Positions 49,846 to 63,045 of a stretch of DNA of 64,000 bases are shown here, in pieces. The stretch is from Octopus vulgaris. Lineage: Eukaryota. Position numbers and translations under genes: made by a program. The stretch lies in the NCBI GenBank assembly GCA_951406725.2, contig OX597823.1:47492001-47556000 (forward strand), given 5' to 3'. Each line of letters starts with the position of its first letter. The stretch's first letter is position 1. Under the pieces are notes generated by a model. The model ran no database searches and was not told the origin of the DNA. It saw only the letters and a list, made by a program, of their open reading frames with translations.

Positions 49846-50718
49846 GGATTTGCACAACCTTTCACTCTTTTTTGTTTTTCTTCAAAACGTTTTTTAGTTT
49901 ATCAAATTAGTTTTATTTAGGTAAAGATTGAATCATTTTAATTACAAGGAAACAAAGAAAGAAAAGAAAGAAGGGGAACGGATTAAGCAGCAGAAGATGG
50001 AGTGAGTGGGGGAGTAATGTGCAGGAGGGGTGGGGGGGTCACCACCCACCCAAACAATTTTACCCACACAGCATTAGCTTTGGTGAGAAAAAAATAAAGT
50101 TGGATAATTTTTGAATGCACCCCATATGTTGTTGCAGAGAACGGCCAGGGACATTTGCTGCAACAGCAACCTCATCTTGTGGGGGTTCATTTCACTCTTT
50201 GAATGTTGTAAAGTGCTTAATATTTCCATTGCCCCAGGTATCACAATCATTTTTCCATTGCATATAAGTTATGAGCTTATGTCGTTCTCCATCAAACCAA
50301 GTTCAGCTATAATTTCGCCCAGGTGATTTGATAGATACTTTTTTCACTCCACATTTATAAATTTGAGGTCCCACACAACAGAACCATGTCCACCAGTTCT
50401 CTTTCTATTCATCGGTTTCATTATTTTCATTCGTTTTTTTTTTGTTTTTTTTCCTTTTTAGCTCTATTTTGGATTGCTGTGGAAGATGTATGCATGTATA
50501 TGTGTAAGTATATGTATATATATGTGTATGAATATGCGTGTGTAGTATGTATATATAATATGAATGTATTTGTAGATATATATATATATATTTGTATGTG
50601 TGTATGTATGTGTCCATGCATGTGCGTCTGTATGTTTGCTTATGTGCATGAATCTGTACATACATACATACACACACACACACACATATATATAGTAAGT
50701 CCATATATATATATATTG

Positions 50719-50763
<45 letters not shown>

Positions 50764-51034
50764 ACATATATATATATGTATGTATACACACACACACACA
50801 CACATATATATATATGATGACAAATATCAAAGAATGGAGTTAGTAAATCATTGTAATGTTTTCTTTACAATTGTTTCATCATTATTCAATATAATCAATC
50901 TTGCATAATGTTGTAACCTTGTCACCAACTGTTGTCTTGTTTTCATGTGGTGTAAATGATTATTTTATTGTCTATGTTGGAAATGATTCTTCAGAACTCT
51001 TTAAAACACCAGGATTATATATGCCAACTGAGTT

Positions 51035-51131
<97 letters not shown>

Positions 51132-51133
<2 letters not shown>

Positions 51134-51359
51134 TGAGGGTACAAGAGGTATTGGGGTCTAGTAGACCCAATTTTTAGTATGTGACCTCATCTGTATCACT
51201 AGCGATTTTTTTTCCCCTGTCTTCCCTTCTCGGGATCTTTCCTTCTATGTTTCCGATGAAGAGCTCCGCTTCCCTTCTTTCCTGAGCATCCAATAATACT
51301 TTATTTGTTCCACGTCCTTGTGTTGTTGTTTTTTTGTTTTTGTTTTCTTGTTTGGATTA

Positions 51360-51405
<46 letters not shown>

Positions 51406-51761
51406 TCAGAATGAGATAACAAATCCAAGGCTGAGCAGTGTTTTCAGAACATTTATAATGAAATAGTCTTACAGCTGTTTCTGGTATATTATGGCTATCC
51501 CTTCAGCAGAGATAGTGTGAGAAAATATTTGAGTTCGAATTATTTTGGGAAAGATAGGGAATATAGAGGAAAATAAGAGATCGGAAGTAAAAGTAAGATA
51601 TATAACGATATTGTAGTTGCAGTTCCATTAATCGAGGAAAATAGTGTATAAAAGTGGTAAAAAGTTTCCAGTACATGGTGTGTAAGTTCCAATAGCAGTT
51701 CATATTTAGTCTAGCCGACACTCTTTGGGTCTACTAGACACCAATACTTCTTGTACCCTCA

Positions 51762-51763
<2 letters not shown>
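51132..51763. mobile_element. Composite element: 39-bp terminal inverted repeats within (TA)n, enclosing two PLE-like fragments
   Basis: cttgagggtacaagaggtattggggtctagtagacccaa versus the reverse complement of 51725-51763 (2 mismatches). Confidence 0.7.
51467..51512 (-). ncRNA. Degenerate PLE-type hammerhead
   Basis: Minus strand: TCT-CTGCTGA-AGGGATAG...TACCA-GAAAC-AGCT-GTA^AGA; palindromic stem III ACAGCTGT; A6C change. Confidence 0.5.
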
Positions 51764-51821
<58 letters not shown>

Positions 51822-52318
51822 GCATGTATGTATTTATATATGTTTGTGTGTATGTATCTATATATGCATGTATGTATATAAGTATTTATATATGTATATA
51901 TTTATATAAATTATATGCTTGCATGAATATATATAAGTATATATGTATGTGTGTGTGTGTATGTGTATTATATCACAAGAAAAAAAAGATAGTATTGATT
52001 CTTGATGTAATGTACTCATTTCATGTGATTGGCAGACATCAATTATTTGAGCATAAATACCCAGTTGCAGAAATATATGCTGCTAGTTCCTTTCATCAGG
52101 ATTACTTTGTAGAAATGCAACACAAAAAAAAGGTGACGGCCTTTGTGTACACCAGTATGCAAATATGAACAGTAGGGCTAACATGGGGAGAATAGGATAG
52201 CAGGAGAAGGAAGCGAGAGGATTAAAGAACATGAGAAACAAATTTAATGGGGTAGAGAAAAGAAAGGAAAGCCCTTAGGGCTGTGCCTCCCACAATGCAC
52301 AATAATAATAATAATAAT

Positions 52319-52750
52319 AATATTTTGTTCAGTACTGCAAATTTGCCTGTCAGTCACTTGACTGTAATGAGCTGGACATGTCCCTTAGTGGGTGTCAATA
52401 TGTGCCTCTCTGATCACGAGCAGGCATAGTTGGGTAGCATCATAGCGATGTGTTGAAAAGGATTTTTGGGGAAATATGGTGTTTTGTTCATCATCCTTAA
52501 ACGACCCTTATTCAAGGACTTTTTGTGTGGGATGGAATACTCAATCTGAAAAAAATTCTCACTGGGCTCCCCTCCAAGATACTATTCATCTTGAAATGGG
52601 GTCACCATGTCAAGCACATATAGTTGTGATGCCTGTGCCTGGTGTACCCCTATCAGATGGGTCATGGTGGGTGTATTGAGCTTCATATATTTGTACCCTA
52701 GTGTCACTCTGACAGCATTGCACTGCTCTCTCACTCAATATAAATAATAA
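52319..52750 (+). mobile_element. Family F LINE 3' end, (AAT)n on both sides
   Basis: Homologous to ~8975-9440. Confidence 0.8.
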
Positions 52751-52761
52751 TGATGATGATG

Positions 52762-53646
52762 ATTTCAAATTTTGGCACAAGGCTAGCAGTTTAAGGGTAG
52801 GTGGGTAAGTCAATTACATCGACCCCAATGTTAAACTGGTACTTATTTTATCAACCCTGAAAGGATGAAAAGTAAAGTCAGCCTTAGTGGAAATTGAACT
52901 CAGAACATGAAGACAGATGAAATGACACTAAGCATTTTGCCTGGCATGCTAACAGTTCTGCCAGCTCACTGCCTTGAATGATGATAGTAATAATATCATA
53001 GTAGTAGTAATAATAATATTAATATTAATAATAATAACAACAACAACAACAACAATGATTTAAAACTTTGGTACAGCCAGCAAGTTAAAGGGAGCAGGTA
53101 AGTATTGACCCCACTGATAAACTGGTACCCTTTTTTTATCCACCTTGAATGGATGAATGACAAAGTCAACCTTGGTAGAATTTGAACTCAGAACATGAAG
53201 ACATGAAATGCCACTGAGCATTTTGCCCGGCATGCTAATGATTCTACCAGCTCACCACCCTAATAATAATAATAATGATAATAATAATAATAATAATGAT
53301 TAAATGAAGTAAATTATTTTTAAGCCTGTTGAAGACACACAAGATGTCGAAATATCGTTCACTAGATGACAATGGCACTCTTAATTTTAATAATAATAAT
53401 AATAATAATAATAAAAATAAACCTTTCTACTGGAGGCACAAGGTCTCAAATTTGGGAGGAAGGGGACTACTCAATTACATCGACCGCAGTGTGTAACTGG
53501 TACTTATTTAATCGAACCTGAAAGGATGAAAGGCAAAAATCAACCTCAGCGGAATTTGAACTCAGAATGTAATGACAGACGAAATACTGCTAAGCATTTT
53601 GCCCAGTGTGCTAATGATTCTGCCAGCTTGCCACCTTAATAATAAT

Positions 53647-53712
<66 letters not shown>

Positions 53713-53822
53713 CCTTTCTACTATAGGCACAAGACCTGAAATTTGGGGTAGGGGAATAGTCGATTATATCAACCCCAGTACTTATCTGGTACCTAATTTA
53801 TCGACCCCAAAACGATGAAAGC
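52762..53822 (-). mobile_element. Array of four SINE B2 copies separated by (AAT)n
   Basis: Copies at ~52762, ~53058, ~53420 and ~53712. Confidence 0.85.
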
Positions 53823-53824
53823 TA

Positions 53825-54270
53825 AGGCATAGGTGTGGCTGTGTGGTGAAGTTTGGTTCTGGGTTCAGTCCCACTGTGTGGCACCTTGGGCAAGTGTCTT
53901 CTACTATAGCCTCAGGCCGACCAAAGTCTTGTGAGCGAATTCGATAGATGGAAACTAAAACTATGCATGTGTGTCTTCGTGTCTGTTGTTCCCTGCCGCC
54001 ACTGCTTGACAACCAGTGTTGGTGTGTTTATGTCCCCATAACTCCAGCGGTGGTGCCCCAGCATGGCCGCACCCTTCGGGCTAAAACATTTTTAAGGATT
54101 TAAGGATAACTCAGTGGTTTGGCAAAAGAGACTGATAGAATAGGTATTAGGCTTTTTTTTTTTTTCATTTTTTTTAACAAAAAAGTACCAGGGTATTATT
54201 CATTCAATCAAAATTCCCCAAGGCAATGCTCCAACATGGCCACAGTCTAATAACTGAAACAAGCAAAATC
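53825..54270 (+). mobile_element. SINE family A (rearranged)
   Basis: ggcataggtgtggctgtgtgg head to taactgaaacaagc tail. Confidence 0.8.
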
Positions 54271-54613
54271 ATAAAAGGATGCACACACATATACACACAT
54301 ACATATACACATGTATCTATTCTAAAGAAAACTCCAGTATCACATTAAGTTTGTGTTAGTACAGTCTTTAGTAAACAGCATTTTCTATTTGCTTTTTTCT
54401 TTCTCTCCACTCCCCCACCCCCACCCCCCGCTGTCTTCCTTGCTCAGGTTATTATTCTCTCTGTAACCCAGTGCTTTTACACATTATATCCATAATTAGC
54501 GTCTCCCATTATCTTTCTTGCTCACTGCTTCTTGCATCTATCTGTGTCTGTCTACCTGTCACTTTGTCATTATGTCACTGTGTACATTGACATTCGGAGC
54601 ATCTGTCTGTCTG

Positions 54614-54645
<32 letters not shown>

Positions 54646-54670
54646 AACATCATTGTCATCTATCTACTAA

Positions 54671-54974
54671 CATGTCTGCTTGTAACTCTCTGAGTTTATC
54701 TCTCTGTCTATCTATCTGTCTGTCTATCTATCTGTCTGTCTATCTATCTGTCTGTCTATCTATCTGTCTGTCTATCTATCTATCTGTCTATCTATCTGTC
54801 TATCTGTCTATCTATCTATCTGTCTGTCTGTCTATCTGTCTGTCTGTCTATCTATCTGTCTGTCTATCTATCTATCTATCTGTCTATCTATCAGTCTGTC
54901 TGTCTGTCTATCTGTCTGTCTATCTATCTATCTGTCTATCTATCTATCTGGCTGTCTGTCTATCTATCTGTCTA

Positions 54975-55006
<32 letters not shown>

Positions 55007-55330
55007 TCTCTCTATCAACAAGTCTGCTTGTAACTCTCTCACCTTATCTCTTTCTCTCTCTCTCTCACACACACATTTTATATATCCAGTCGTATGATTT
55101 TTCTGCCTGTGTATCTATCTATCTGTCCGTCTGTCTGTCACATCTGCTTGTAACTCTCTCACTTTATCTGTCCCTCTCTATCTATCTATCTATCTGTCTA
55201 TCTACCGATCTACCACCACGTCTGCTTTTATATCTATCTACCTTTATATCTATCTATCTATCACTTTATATCTATCTATCTCTCCATCTCTATCTGTCTA
55301 TCTACCTGTCCCTCTATCTATCATCCTGTC
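54671..55330. repeat. (TCTA/TCTG)n compound microsatellite with a recurring spacer
   Basis: Direct inspection; tctgcttgtaactctct occurs three times. Confidence 0.9.
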
Positions 55331-56130
55331 TGTCTTTGGATATCATTATTTCCCCATAGTTATACACTGTCTGGCTGTCTATTTCTCTGCCTTTACATAT
55401 TTATTTGTCTACGTCTCCGTCTGTGCATTTATCTTTCTATCTATCTCTGTCTCCTGCATTACGTGTGTGTCTTCTATCCACATTCTTATCTATTATTCTA
55501 TCAATCTCTATATCTATCATTCGTTCTATTTTTGTGTAGCTTGTTCTATTTCTATCTATCGTTCCGTCAATCTATAGAATAATGTGTGTGTGTGTCTGTG
55601 TCTGTGTGTCTGTGTGTGTGTGTGTATTCATCTCTTCTCTCCATCCCTACACACACACAACTGCCGACCAGCCCAACCACCGGCCAACCAATTGCTGATA
55701 TTCCTTTACAGATGCTCAGTTAGAAATCTCGTTCTTTCTCCACAGCACTGTCAGTACACTCTTTATCTACCACACACTCTTCTCTTCAGTCGTTCATTCT
55801 TGCTATTGCTAGCAGGCATCATTTGTTCAATCTTATTGTCGCTTCTGGTACACTTTCTCCTTTGCAGCTTTTACAGGTTGGCAAGGAGATGCTTGCCCAG
55901 GCATCATCATCTCTGCTGTTGTTGCATCAGTTACGATCACTTTCTCTTTCCTTATCGCTCTCTCTCTCTCTCTCTCTCTCTAATTTCTCTTTGTTTTTCA
56001 TAAATTTCCAGGTTATTGGGTCAGTATTGAAATGGAATATTGCCACCAATAAACTGATTGTCTCTTAGATTTCCTCGCATACATTTCTTTTAGCACTCGA
56101 GCTGTTTTGTAAAAATTATTTGTGTGTGTG

Positions 56131-56180
<50 letters not shown>

Positions 56181-56215
56181 AGTGTGTGTGTGTGTGTATG
56201 TATGTATATATATAT

Positions 56216-56441
56216 TTTATTTCTTTACTGCCCACAAGGGGGCTACACACAGAGGGAACAAACAAGGACAAACGGATTAAGTCGATTATATCGACCCCAG
56301 TACGTAACTGGTACTGGTACTTATTTAATCGGCTCCGAAAGGATGAAAGGCAAAGTCGACCTCTGCAGAATTTGAACTCGAAATGTAGCAGCAGGCGAAA
56401 TACCGCTAAGCATTTCGCCCGGCGTGCTAACATTTCTGCCA
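56216..56441 (-). mobile_element. SINE family B1
   Basis: B1 tail and core. Confidence 0.9.
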
Positions 56442-56467
56442 GATATATATATATATATACATATATA

Positions 56468-56740
56468 CATCATCATCATCATTTAACATCCGCTCTCCAT
56501 GCTGGCATGGGTTGGACAGTTTCATTGAAAACTGGTAGGCTGGGGGTGCTGTGCCAGGTTCCGATCTGATTTGGCAAGGTTTTTATGGCTGGATGCCGTT
56601 CCTAGTGCCAACCACTCCAAGAGTGTAGTGAGTGCTTTTTACTTGCCACCGGCACGGGTGCCAATGACCTGATACCAGCATCGGCCATGACTACAGTCTC
56701 ACTTGGTTTGACAGGTCTACATAAGCATGCATCCATGAGG
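56468..56740 (-). mobile_element. RTE family C 3' UTR
   Basis: (CAT)n ttaacatccgctctccatgctggcatgggttggac. Confidence 0.8.
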
Positions 56741-57629
56741 CCCAATATGTGTATGTGTGTGTGTGTTCTATATGTATATAAATATAGATATACACATGTC
56801 TATATATATGTGTGTGTGTGTGTATGTGTATGTATACTGCATGACAGCTATTGTTGGTTTTTTTGTGTTCCTGCAACTTAGCAATTTGACACAAATGACT
56901 GTTAGAGTAAGATCCAACCTTTGAAAAAAATGAAACTGGGGTTGATTTCTGTGACTAAACCCTTCAAGATAGTGTCCCAGCATGGCCCCAGTCAAATGAT
57001 TGAGACAAGTAAAAGATAGAGAAGTGTGTGAGTTTATATATATATATATATATATATATGGTTCAGTCCCACTGCAGGACACCTTGGGCAAGAGTTTTTT
57101 TATTTACTATATCCTCAGCCCAACCAAAGCCCCATGCGTGTATTTGGTAGATGGAACCTAAAATCAGCCCATCATAAATGCATGTGGCTTACTGTCTCCT
57201 ATCCTTGACATCATGTCACAACACATACAGTGTCATTTGTTTCCAATATACCTTACTTGGATGAAGGAAGGACAATTGACTGTAAAATATTCTGCCTTGT
57301 TAGATACTGTCCAACCCATTCCAGAAAGAAAAGGTAGACATTAAAACAATGATGTTTTGTTCAGTGCTAGTGTAACTGTGTAGTTTGCTTCCCAACCCAA
57401 CAGGGTTTGCTCTGAAATCATTTCATCATTTGACATGTGGCACACAGTGTACCTGTTCAGGTAATGTCAATTTGATGGAGAGAGTGAGCTTATGTGTACA
57501 CAGACATTTGATCACTATAAACAAATCGTCTGTATGGTTGTTCGAAGAGAAATTGCCAAACACTCATATGTCATCTAGCGACAGGACAGTCCAATATATA
57601 TATATATATACATATACGTAGTTAAAATT

Positions 57630-57830
57630 TACAGCAAGCAAAAGATGGAGGCAGGCGAGGGAACAACAAGCAGGTGTATTAGTTTGATGCTCCAGAAGAA
57701 TGGAAAAGTCCTTGATGTTTTGAGCCTGTGCTCGCTGACAAAAAAGGGCTGAGAGGAAAAAATGGAGAGAGAATGGAAAAACAGAGAGGGAATAGAATAT
57801 GTAGGGATTAACAGTTCATCGTGATAAAGA
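57630..57830 (-). mobile_element. PLE-like terminal repeat, same family as 59300-59483
   Basis: aacaacaagcaggtgtattagtttgatgctc...gttttgagcctgtgctc is the reverse of ~59365-59440. Confidence 0.6.
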
Positions 57831-58344
57831 CATATATACATATTTAGACATACACACACACACACATACACACAAACATTTGCACCATGTACTGATACAT
57901 AGTCCAAACTTTTAAGTATTTCTAGCTATCCATTTGTTACAAGCATAACTTCAACTGTTCATAAAAACTTCCAACATAAAACCCAATAATAAACAGAATT
58001 TCTGAAATGATTTCTACCAAATTTTAATGACGTCCCTACTGATACTTGACATCATCATCATCATCATCATCATCGTCAACCATGACATGATGATGTCAAG
58101 GGCATCTGGCAGAGATTGTCAACAGACACAAACAAACTCATGCACACAGACACATGCACCTGTCCACAATCACTACAGTTCCCACACAAACTTCTTGTCC
58201 ATACTCCTTTCTTGTCACAATTAACGCTCTTCCTGGCCTCTTACTCTCTCTCTCTCTCTTCCCTTCCTCCTCTCTTTCTCTCTCTATCTATATCTTTGAG
58301 TCCAACACTTTATTCTCATACCTTTTGCCTTTTTTTTTTACCTT

Positions 58345-58720
58345 TCGCTTTAGTCATTAGACTATGGCCTTGCTGGGGCACCACTTTGGGGAATTTTAGT
58401 CAAATGGATCAACACCAGTACTTGTTATTCTTTTGAAAGCCTGATACTTATTCTATCAGTGTATTTTGCCAAACAGCTAAGTTACAGGGATGTAAACACA
58501 CCACCGCCAGTTGTCAAGTGGTGAAGGGACAAACACACACACACACATATACAAATACGATGGGCTGCTTTCAGTTTCCATCTACCAAATCCATTCACAA
58601 TTCACAAAATTTTAGTTGGCCCGAGGCTATAGCAGAAGACACTTGCCCAAGGTGTCATGCAATAGGACTGAACCCAGAACCATGTGATCTGGAAATAAGC
58701 TTCTTATCACACCTGCATCT
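58345..58720 (-). mobile_element. SINE family A
   Basis: Motif matches. Confidence 0.8.
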
Positions 58721-58968
58721 CTGTGCCCTTTATTTTTTGCACAGGTCACTGTTCCATTCACACGTTTTCCTTGCTGTCCCTCTTGCAGTGCACTTCACTT
58801 TACTCTCACACAGTAACCCTCTCAATCACTTTTCTTTCATTCCTTTTATACATGCACACACATGTATAGTATATGATTTTAAGTTTATCTACAGATACTT
58901 AAGTACATATTTGATTGTACAGAGTGTATGCTTGTATATGTAGATAAATGCATATGTTTATGTATGAT

Positions 58969-58999
<31 letters not shown>

Positions 59000-59299
59000 G
59001 AGTGTGTGTGTATATAACAAGTTGCAAACTTCACTAACTGTATTTCCAAATCTCCCGCATGTAAGTATATATTTGAATGCAAACATAGCCAAGTGAAGCC
59101 ACTTCAGAATTATCAGTGGGTTCTTTCCCACATCAGTGTCTTGTTATCTTTTCCCTCTTGCTTGTACATTCCAATGTGCACACGCACATACACGCTCTAA
59201 CATACACACGCACCTTCGTTTTGGTATCTCCACTACTTTATTATCTCCCCTTCTTCTTAGCTCTCCTGTGTGACCCCTCTCTCTCTGGCATTAACCATG

Positions 59300-59483
59300 T
59301 TAGATTGCTAACCACTAAACCTTTTTTATTTTCTCTCCTTGTTTATTTCTATGTTCCTTTCTGTTGAAGAGCATAGGCTCAAAACATAAAAGACTTTCTC
59401 AATTTTCGAGCATTAAACTAATACATCTGTTTGTTGTTTACACACCCGTCTTCGTCTTTTTTTTTTTTTTTGTAAATTCTCAC
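59300..59483 (+). mobile_element. PLE-like terminal repeat with decayed hammerhead-like motif
   Basis: CTGTTGA-A-GAGC(atag)GCTC-AAAAC-ATA at 59361-59388, read as CpG-decayed CGAAACGTA. Confidence 0.5.
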
Positions 59484-60232
59484 ACCGATGCTGGTGTGTT
59501 TGCGTCCCCATGACTTGGCGGTTCAGCGAGGAAGACCAATAGAATAACTTCTGGGGTCGATATGCTCAACTAAAGGTGATGCTCCAACATGGCCGCAGTC
59601 AAATGACTGAAACAAGTAGAAAGAGTAAAAGAGAGTAAAGAGTTAATAATGATAACATTGTTTCACTAAATTCTTCATTATTTTTGGAATTAATCAAAAC
59701 AAGTCAGTGTATTTCAAAAAAAACCCCAAAAAACATGGTACCAAAAGGGATAAGTTTCTGAGTGGGGACCCATGCTTTCTTGTCATGTACGGGGCCAAGG
59801 GGTAGATGGAATACTGAAGAAATTACTAAGAAGTGAGTGGTTTGTATCTTGGCCTAGCACTGGTTCTGTTGATGTAAACGCTTAAATTTTAAAAACGTCC
59901 AATCTGCCTAAATGTGCAAAGGTGCCATAGGGTGGAAATAAGTTACAACTCTACTGTTACAGCTGTTTCAACTGTCTGGTAATGAGGGAACGTGTTTTGT
60001 CAGCTTGCAGTTGTGTTAAATTCAACATCTGCTGTAGGTGTGATGGGTGTGACCATAAAATGCATTAATTCCCACTACTCATCATAAAGTCAATAGACCT
60101 GACGGGGACATTTTCACTTCAGTCGTTGCATTCATTTGATTGTGCAACAACTGGCAAAGACAGTGACCCGTCTTGTTCTTATAATAATAAAATAATAATA
60201 ATAATAATAATTATAATAACAACAACAACAAT

Positions 60233-60436
60233 AATCCTTTCTACTATAGAACAAGGCCTGAAATTTTGGGGGAGGGAGCCAGGCAATTAGAACAACTGGT
60301 ACTTAATTTATTAACCCCCCCAAAAGGATGAAAGGCAAAATCAATCTCAGTGGAATTTGAACTCTGAACATTAAGACAGAGGAAATGCCACTAAGTATTT
60401 TGCATGGCTTGCTAAAGATTCTGCCAGCTCGTCACC

Positions 60437-60468
<32 letters not shown>

Positions 60469-60645
60469 TTTTTCTACTAGGCCTGAAATTTTGTGGTGGG
60501 GGACTAGTTGATTACATTGACCACAGTATTTCACTGGTACTTAATTTACTGACCCCGAAAGGATGAAAGGCAAAGTCAATCTCTGTGGAATTTGAACTTG
60601 GAAAGTAAAAGCTGAATAGATGCGATTAAAGCATTTTGTCCAGCA
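60233..60645 (-). mobile_element. Two tandem SINE B2 copies in (AAT)n
   Basis: aatcctttctactatag...ccagctcgtcacc; second copy from ~60470. Confidence 0.85.
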
Positions 60646-61436
60646 AAATATACATACATATACCCACACACATATAATCATTTCTTTTACTTCTGCTATA
60701 CACACTTGTTGAGCAAGTTCTTCCTCTTCTTTCTCTATCATTTTCATTAAGGTCTCTGCAACTAGATATTTGTAATACATACAGGACTAGTTCATTCCCA
60801 CCTCTTTACTGCAGACTGCCAAATTGAACTTACATGGATAGTTTGGCAAAGAATTGGTTGAAATCCAACATGAGTGCTGGAAGAAGAAAAAAAAAATCAA
60901 AAAAAAAATCAGTTAATTAGAGAATGGATTTCAGCATTCAGTTAAATGTTTGTGTTTTCTGTCTACCATTTTCATCTCTAAACGATGTTTCCGTCCATGA
61001 ATTCCTCCTCTCATTATGATGTGTTACACTAATAAGTTGCCATTTCCTCTTCCATTGTTTTTTTCTTTTATGATTTATCATAATCATTGTCATTATCATC
61101 ATCATCATCATCATCTTCATCATCACCACCATCACTATCATCTGTTGTAATGTAAGTTCAACGTTTATGCTTTATGTTACAATTCATGAGCAATCACATC
61201 ATTTGTTACATGCATCTGATTCTGGGTCATTGCATTTTACGAATGCAAGAGTGGCAAGGGTGTGCCTGTAGCTCAGTGCAGAACAAATAGCATTAGGCAA
61301 CTTTCCTCCACAGCATCAGCATTTTGTTTTTCTTGCTAATGTTTAAATCTTTCTGGATATATATACATATTCATATATCTGTCTGTCTATCTATATATCT
61401 ATCTAATCTATCTATCTATCTACCTATCTATGTGTT

Positions 61437-61483
<47 letters not shown>

Positions 61484-61681
61484 ACAAAATCTTATGTCTA
61501 ATATTCAATGCTGGCATGTGTTAGATGAACTTTGCAGAAAGGCCAATTAATCTACTAAAGCTTGATGGCCAATTCTGGGATTTTATTTGTGCCTTCTAGC
61601 TTCTTAATTATTCTGTCAATAAATTAAATCTAATGCATAAACACAGACCCACCCATACATATATATATATATATATATATA

Positions 61682-61895
61682 CCGTATTTGATGGTCTGTA
61701 AGGCACACGAGTGCATAGGATGCACCCTAGCCTAGGCTATACTTTTCTAAAATAAATTACCACTAAAATAATGTTTTAATTTCTCCACTTACATGTATAA
61801 CTTTGTTATTAGCAGTAATTATAAGCAATTTATTGTATCCACATTCGATGTAAACATAACATAGGTGATTGTTCACTAATAGATGGCAGCACACT
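61682..61895 (+). mobile_element. Tc2/pogo-like DNA transposon left end
   Basis: TA-CCGTATTTG...GTAAGGCACAC...TAGGATGCACC terminal pattern; no right end seen. Confidence 0.45.
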
Positions 61896-61998
61896 GTTTT
61901 CGCTCAATAAACACTCCCAACACCCGCTCTGGGAATTGAAACTGCAATCCTATGACTGCGAGTCCACTGCCCTAACCACTGGGCCATTGGGCCTCCAC
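61896..61998 (-). mobile_element. SINE family D head fragment
   Basis: Matches 17920-18020. Confidence 0.85.
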
Positions 61999-62424
61999 AC
62001 ACACACACACACACACATATATATGACAGTCTTCTTTCAGTTTCTGTCTACCAAATCTACTCACCAGGTTTGGTTAGCCTGAGGCAATTTTAGAAAAATT
62101 TTGCCCAAGGTACCACGTGGTGGAATTGAACCCTGGAACCATGTGGTTGGGAAGTAAGCTTCTTACTACACAGCCATGCCTACACCTATTTATAAAAATC
62201 CCTTTATAATTATGTGTATAAAAAAATATAATCCTTACATAAAGCTTAGAACATAATCTTTTTATCTTTTCACTTGTTTTAGTCATTAGACTGAGGCCAT
62301 GCTGGGGCACCAACTGAATCAATCCCAGCATTTATTTTTAAACCTGACACTTATTCTCACAACTTGGATTCCACTGACTTCATCAATTTCCAATTTACAA
62401 CACTAGTGATAGTAGACACTACTG

Positions 62425-63045
62425 CAGGTGCTGGCATAGTTGTGTGGCTAGAAGCTTGCTTCACTACCACATTGTTCCATGTTCAATCCCACTGCATGTC
62501 ACCTTGGGCAAGTGTCTTCTACTATAGCCTCAGGGCAAAGAGTAGATTTGGTAGACAGAAACTGAAAAGTGGCGAGCTGGCAGAAACGTTAGCACACCGG
62601 ATGAAATGCTCAGCAGTATTTCGTCAGCCGCTACGTTCTGAGTTCAAATTTCGCCGAGGTCGACTTTGCCTTTCATCCTTTCGGGGTCGATTAAATAAGT
62701 ACCAGTTACGCACTGGAGTCAATATAATCAACTTAATCCATTTGTCTGTCCTTGTTTGTCCCCTCTGTGTGTAGCCCCTTGTGGACAGTAAAGAAATAAG
62801 AAACTGAAAGAAGCTCATCATATGTGTGAGTGTTTGTGTGTATCTGTGTTTGTCCCCCACCACTGCTTGACAACCAGTGTTGGTGTGTTTATGTCCCCAT
62901 AACTTAGCAGTTCAGCAACGGTGACCAATAGAATGAGTACCTGGCTCAAAAGAAAATAAGTACTGAGCTCGATTCACTCAACTAAAAACCCTTCAAGGTG
63001 GTGCCCCAGTATGGCCACAGCCTAATCACCGAAACAAATAAAAAG
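62425..63045 (+). mobile_element. SINE A with nested SINE B1 (62568-62798)
   Basis: 11-bp TSD agaaactgaaa (62557-62567 / 62799-62809). Confidence 0.9.

Noticed and set aside
50130-50400. Coding-like relic on the minus strand
   Set aside because: Contains stop codons and I could not assign it to any family
59955-60005. GAAACAGCTGTA with CTGACAA upstream on the minus strand (similar traces at ~20735 and ~39075-39115)
   Set aside because: Too decayed, with no stem I; not called as ribozymes
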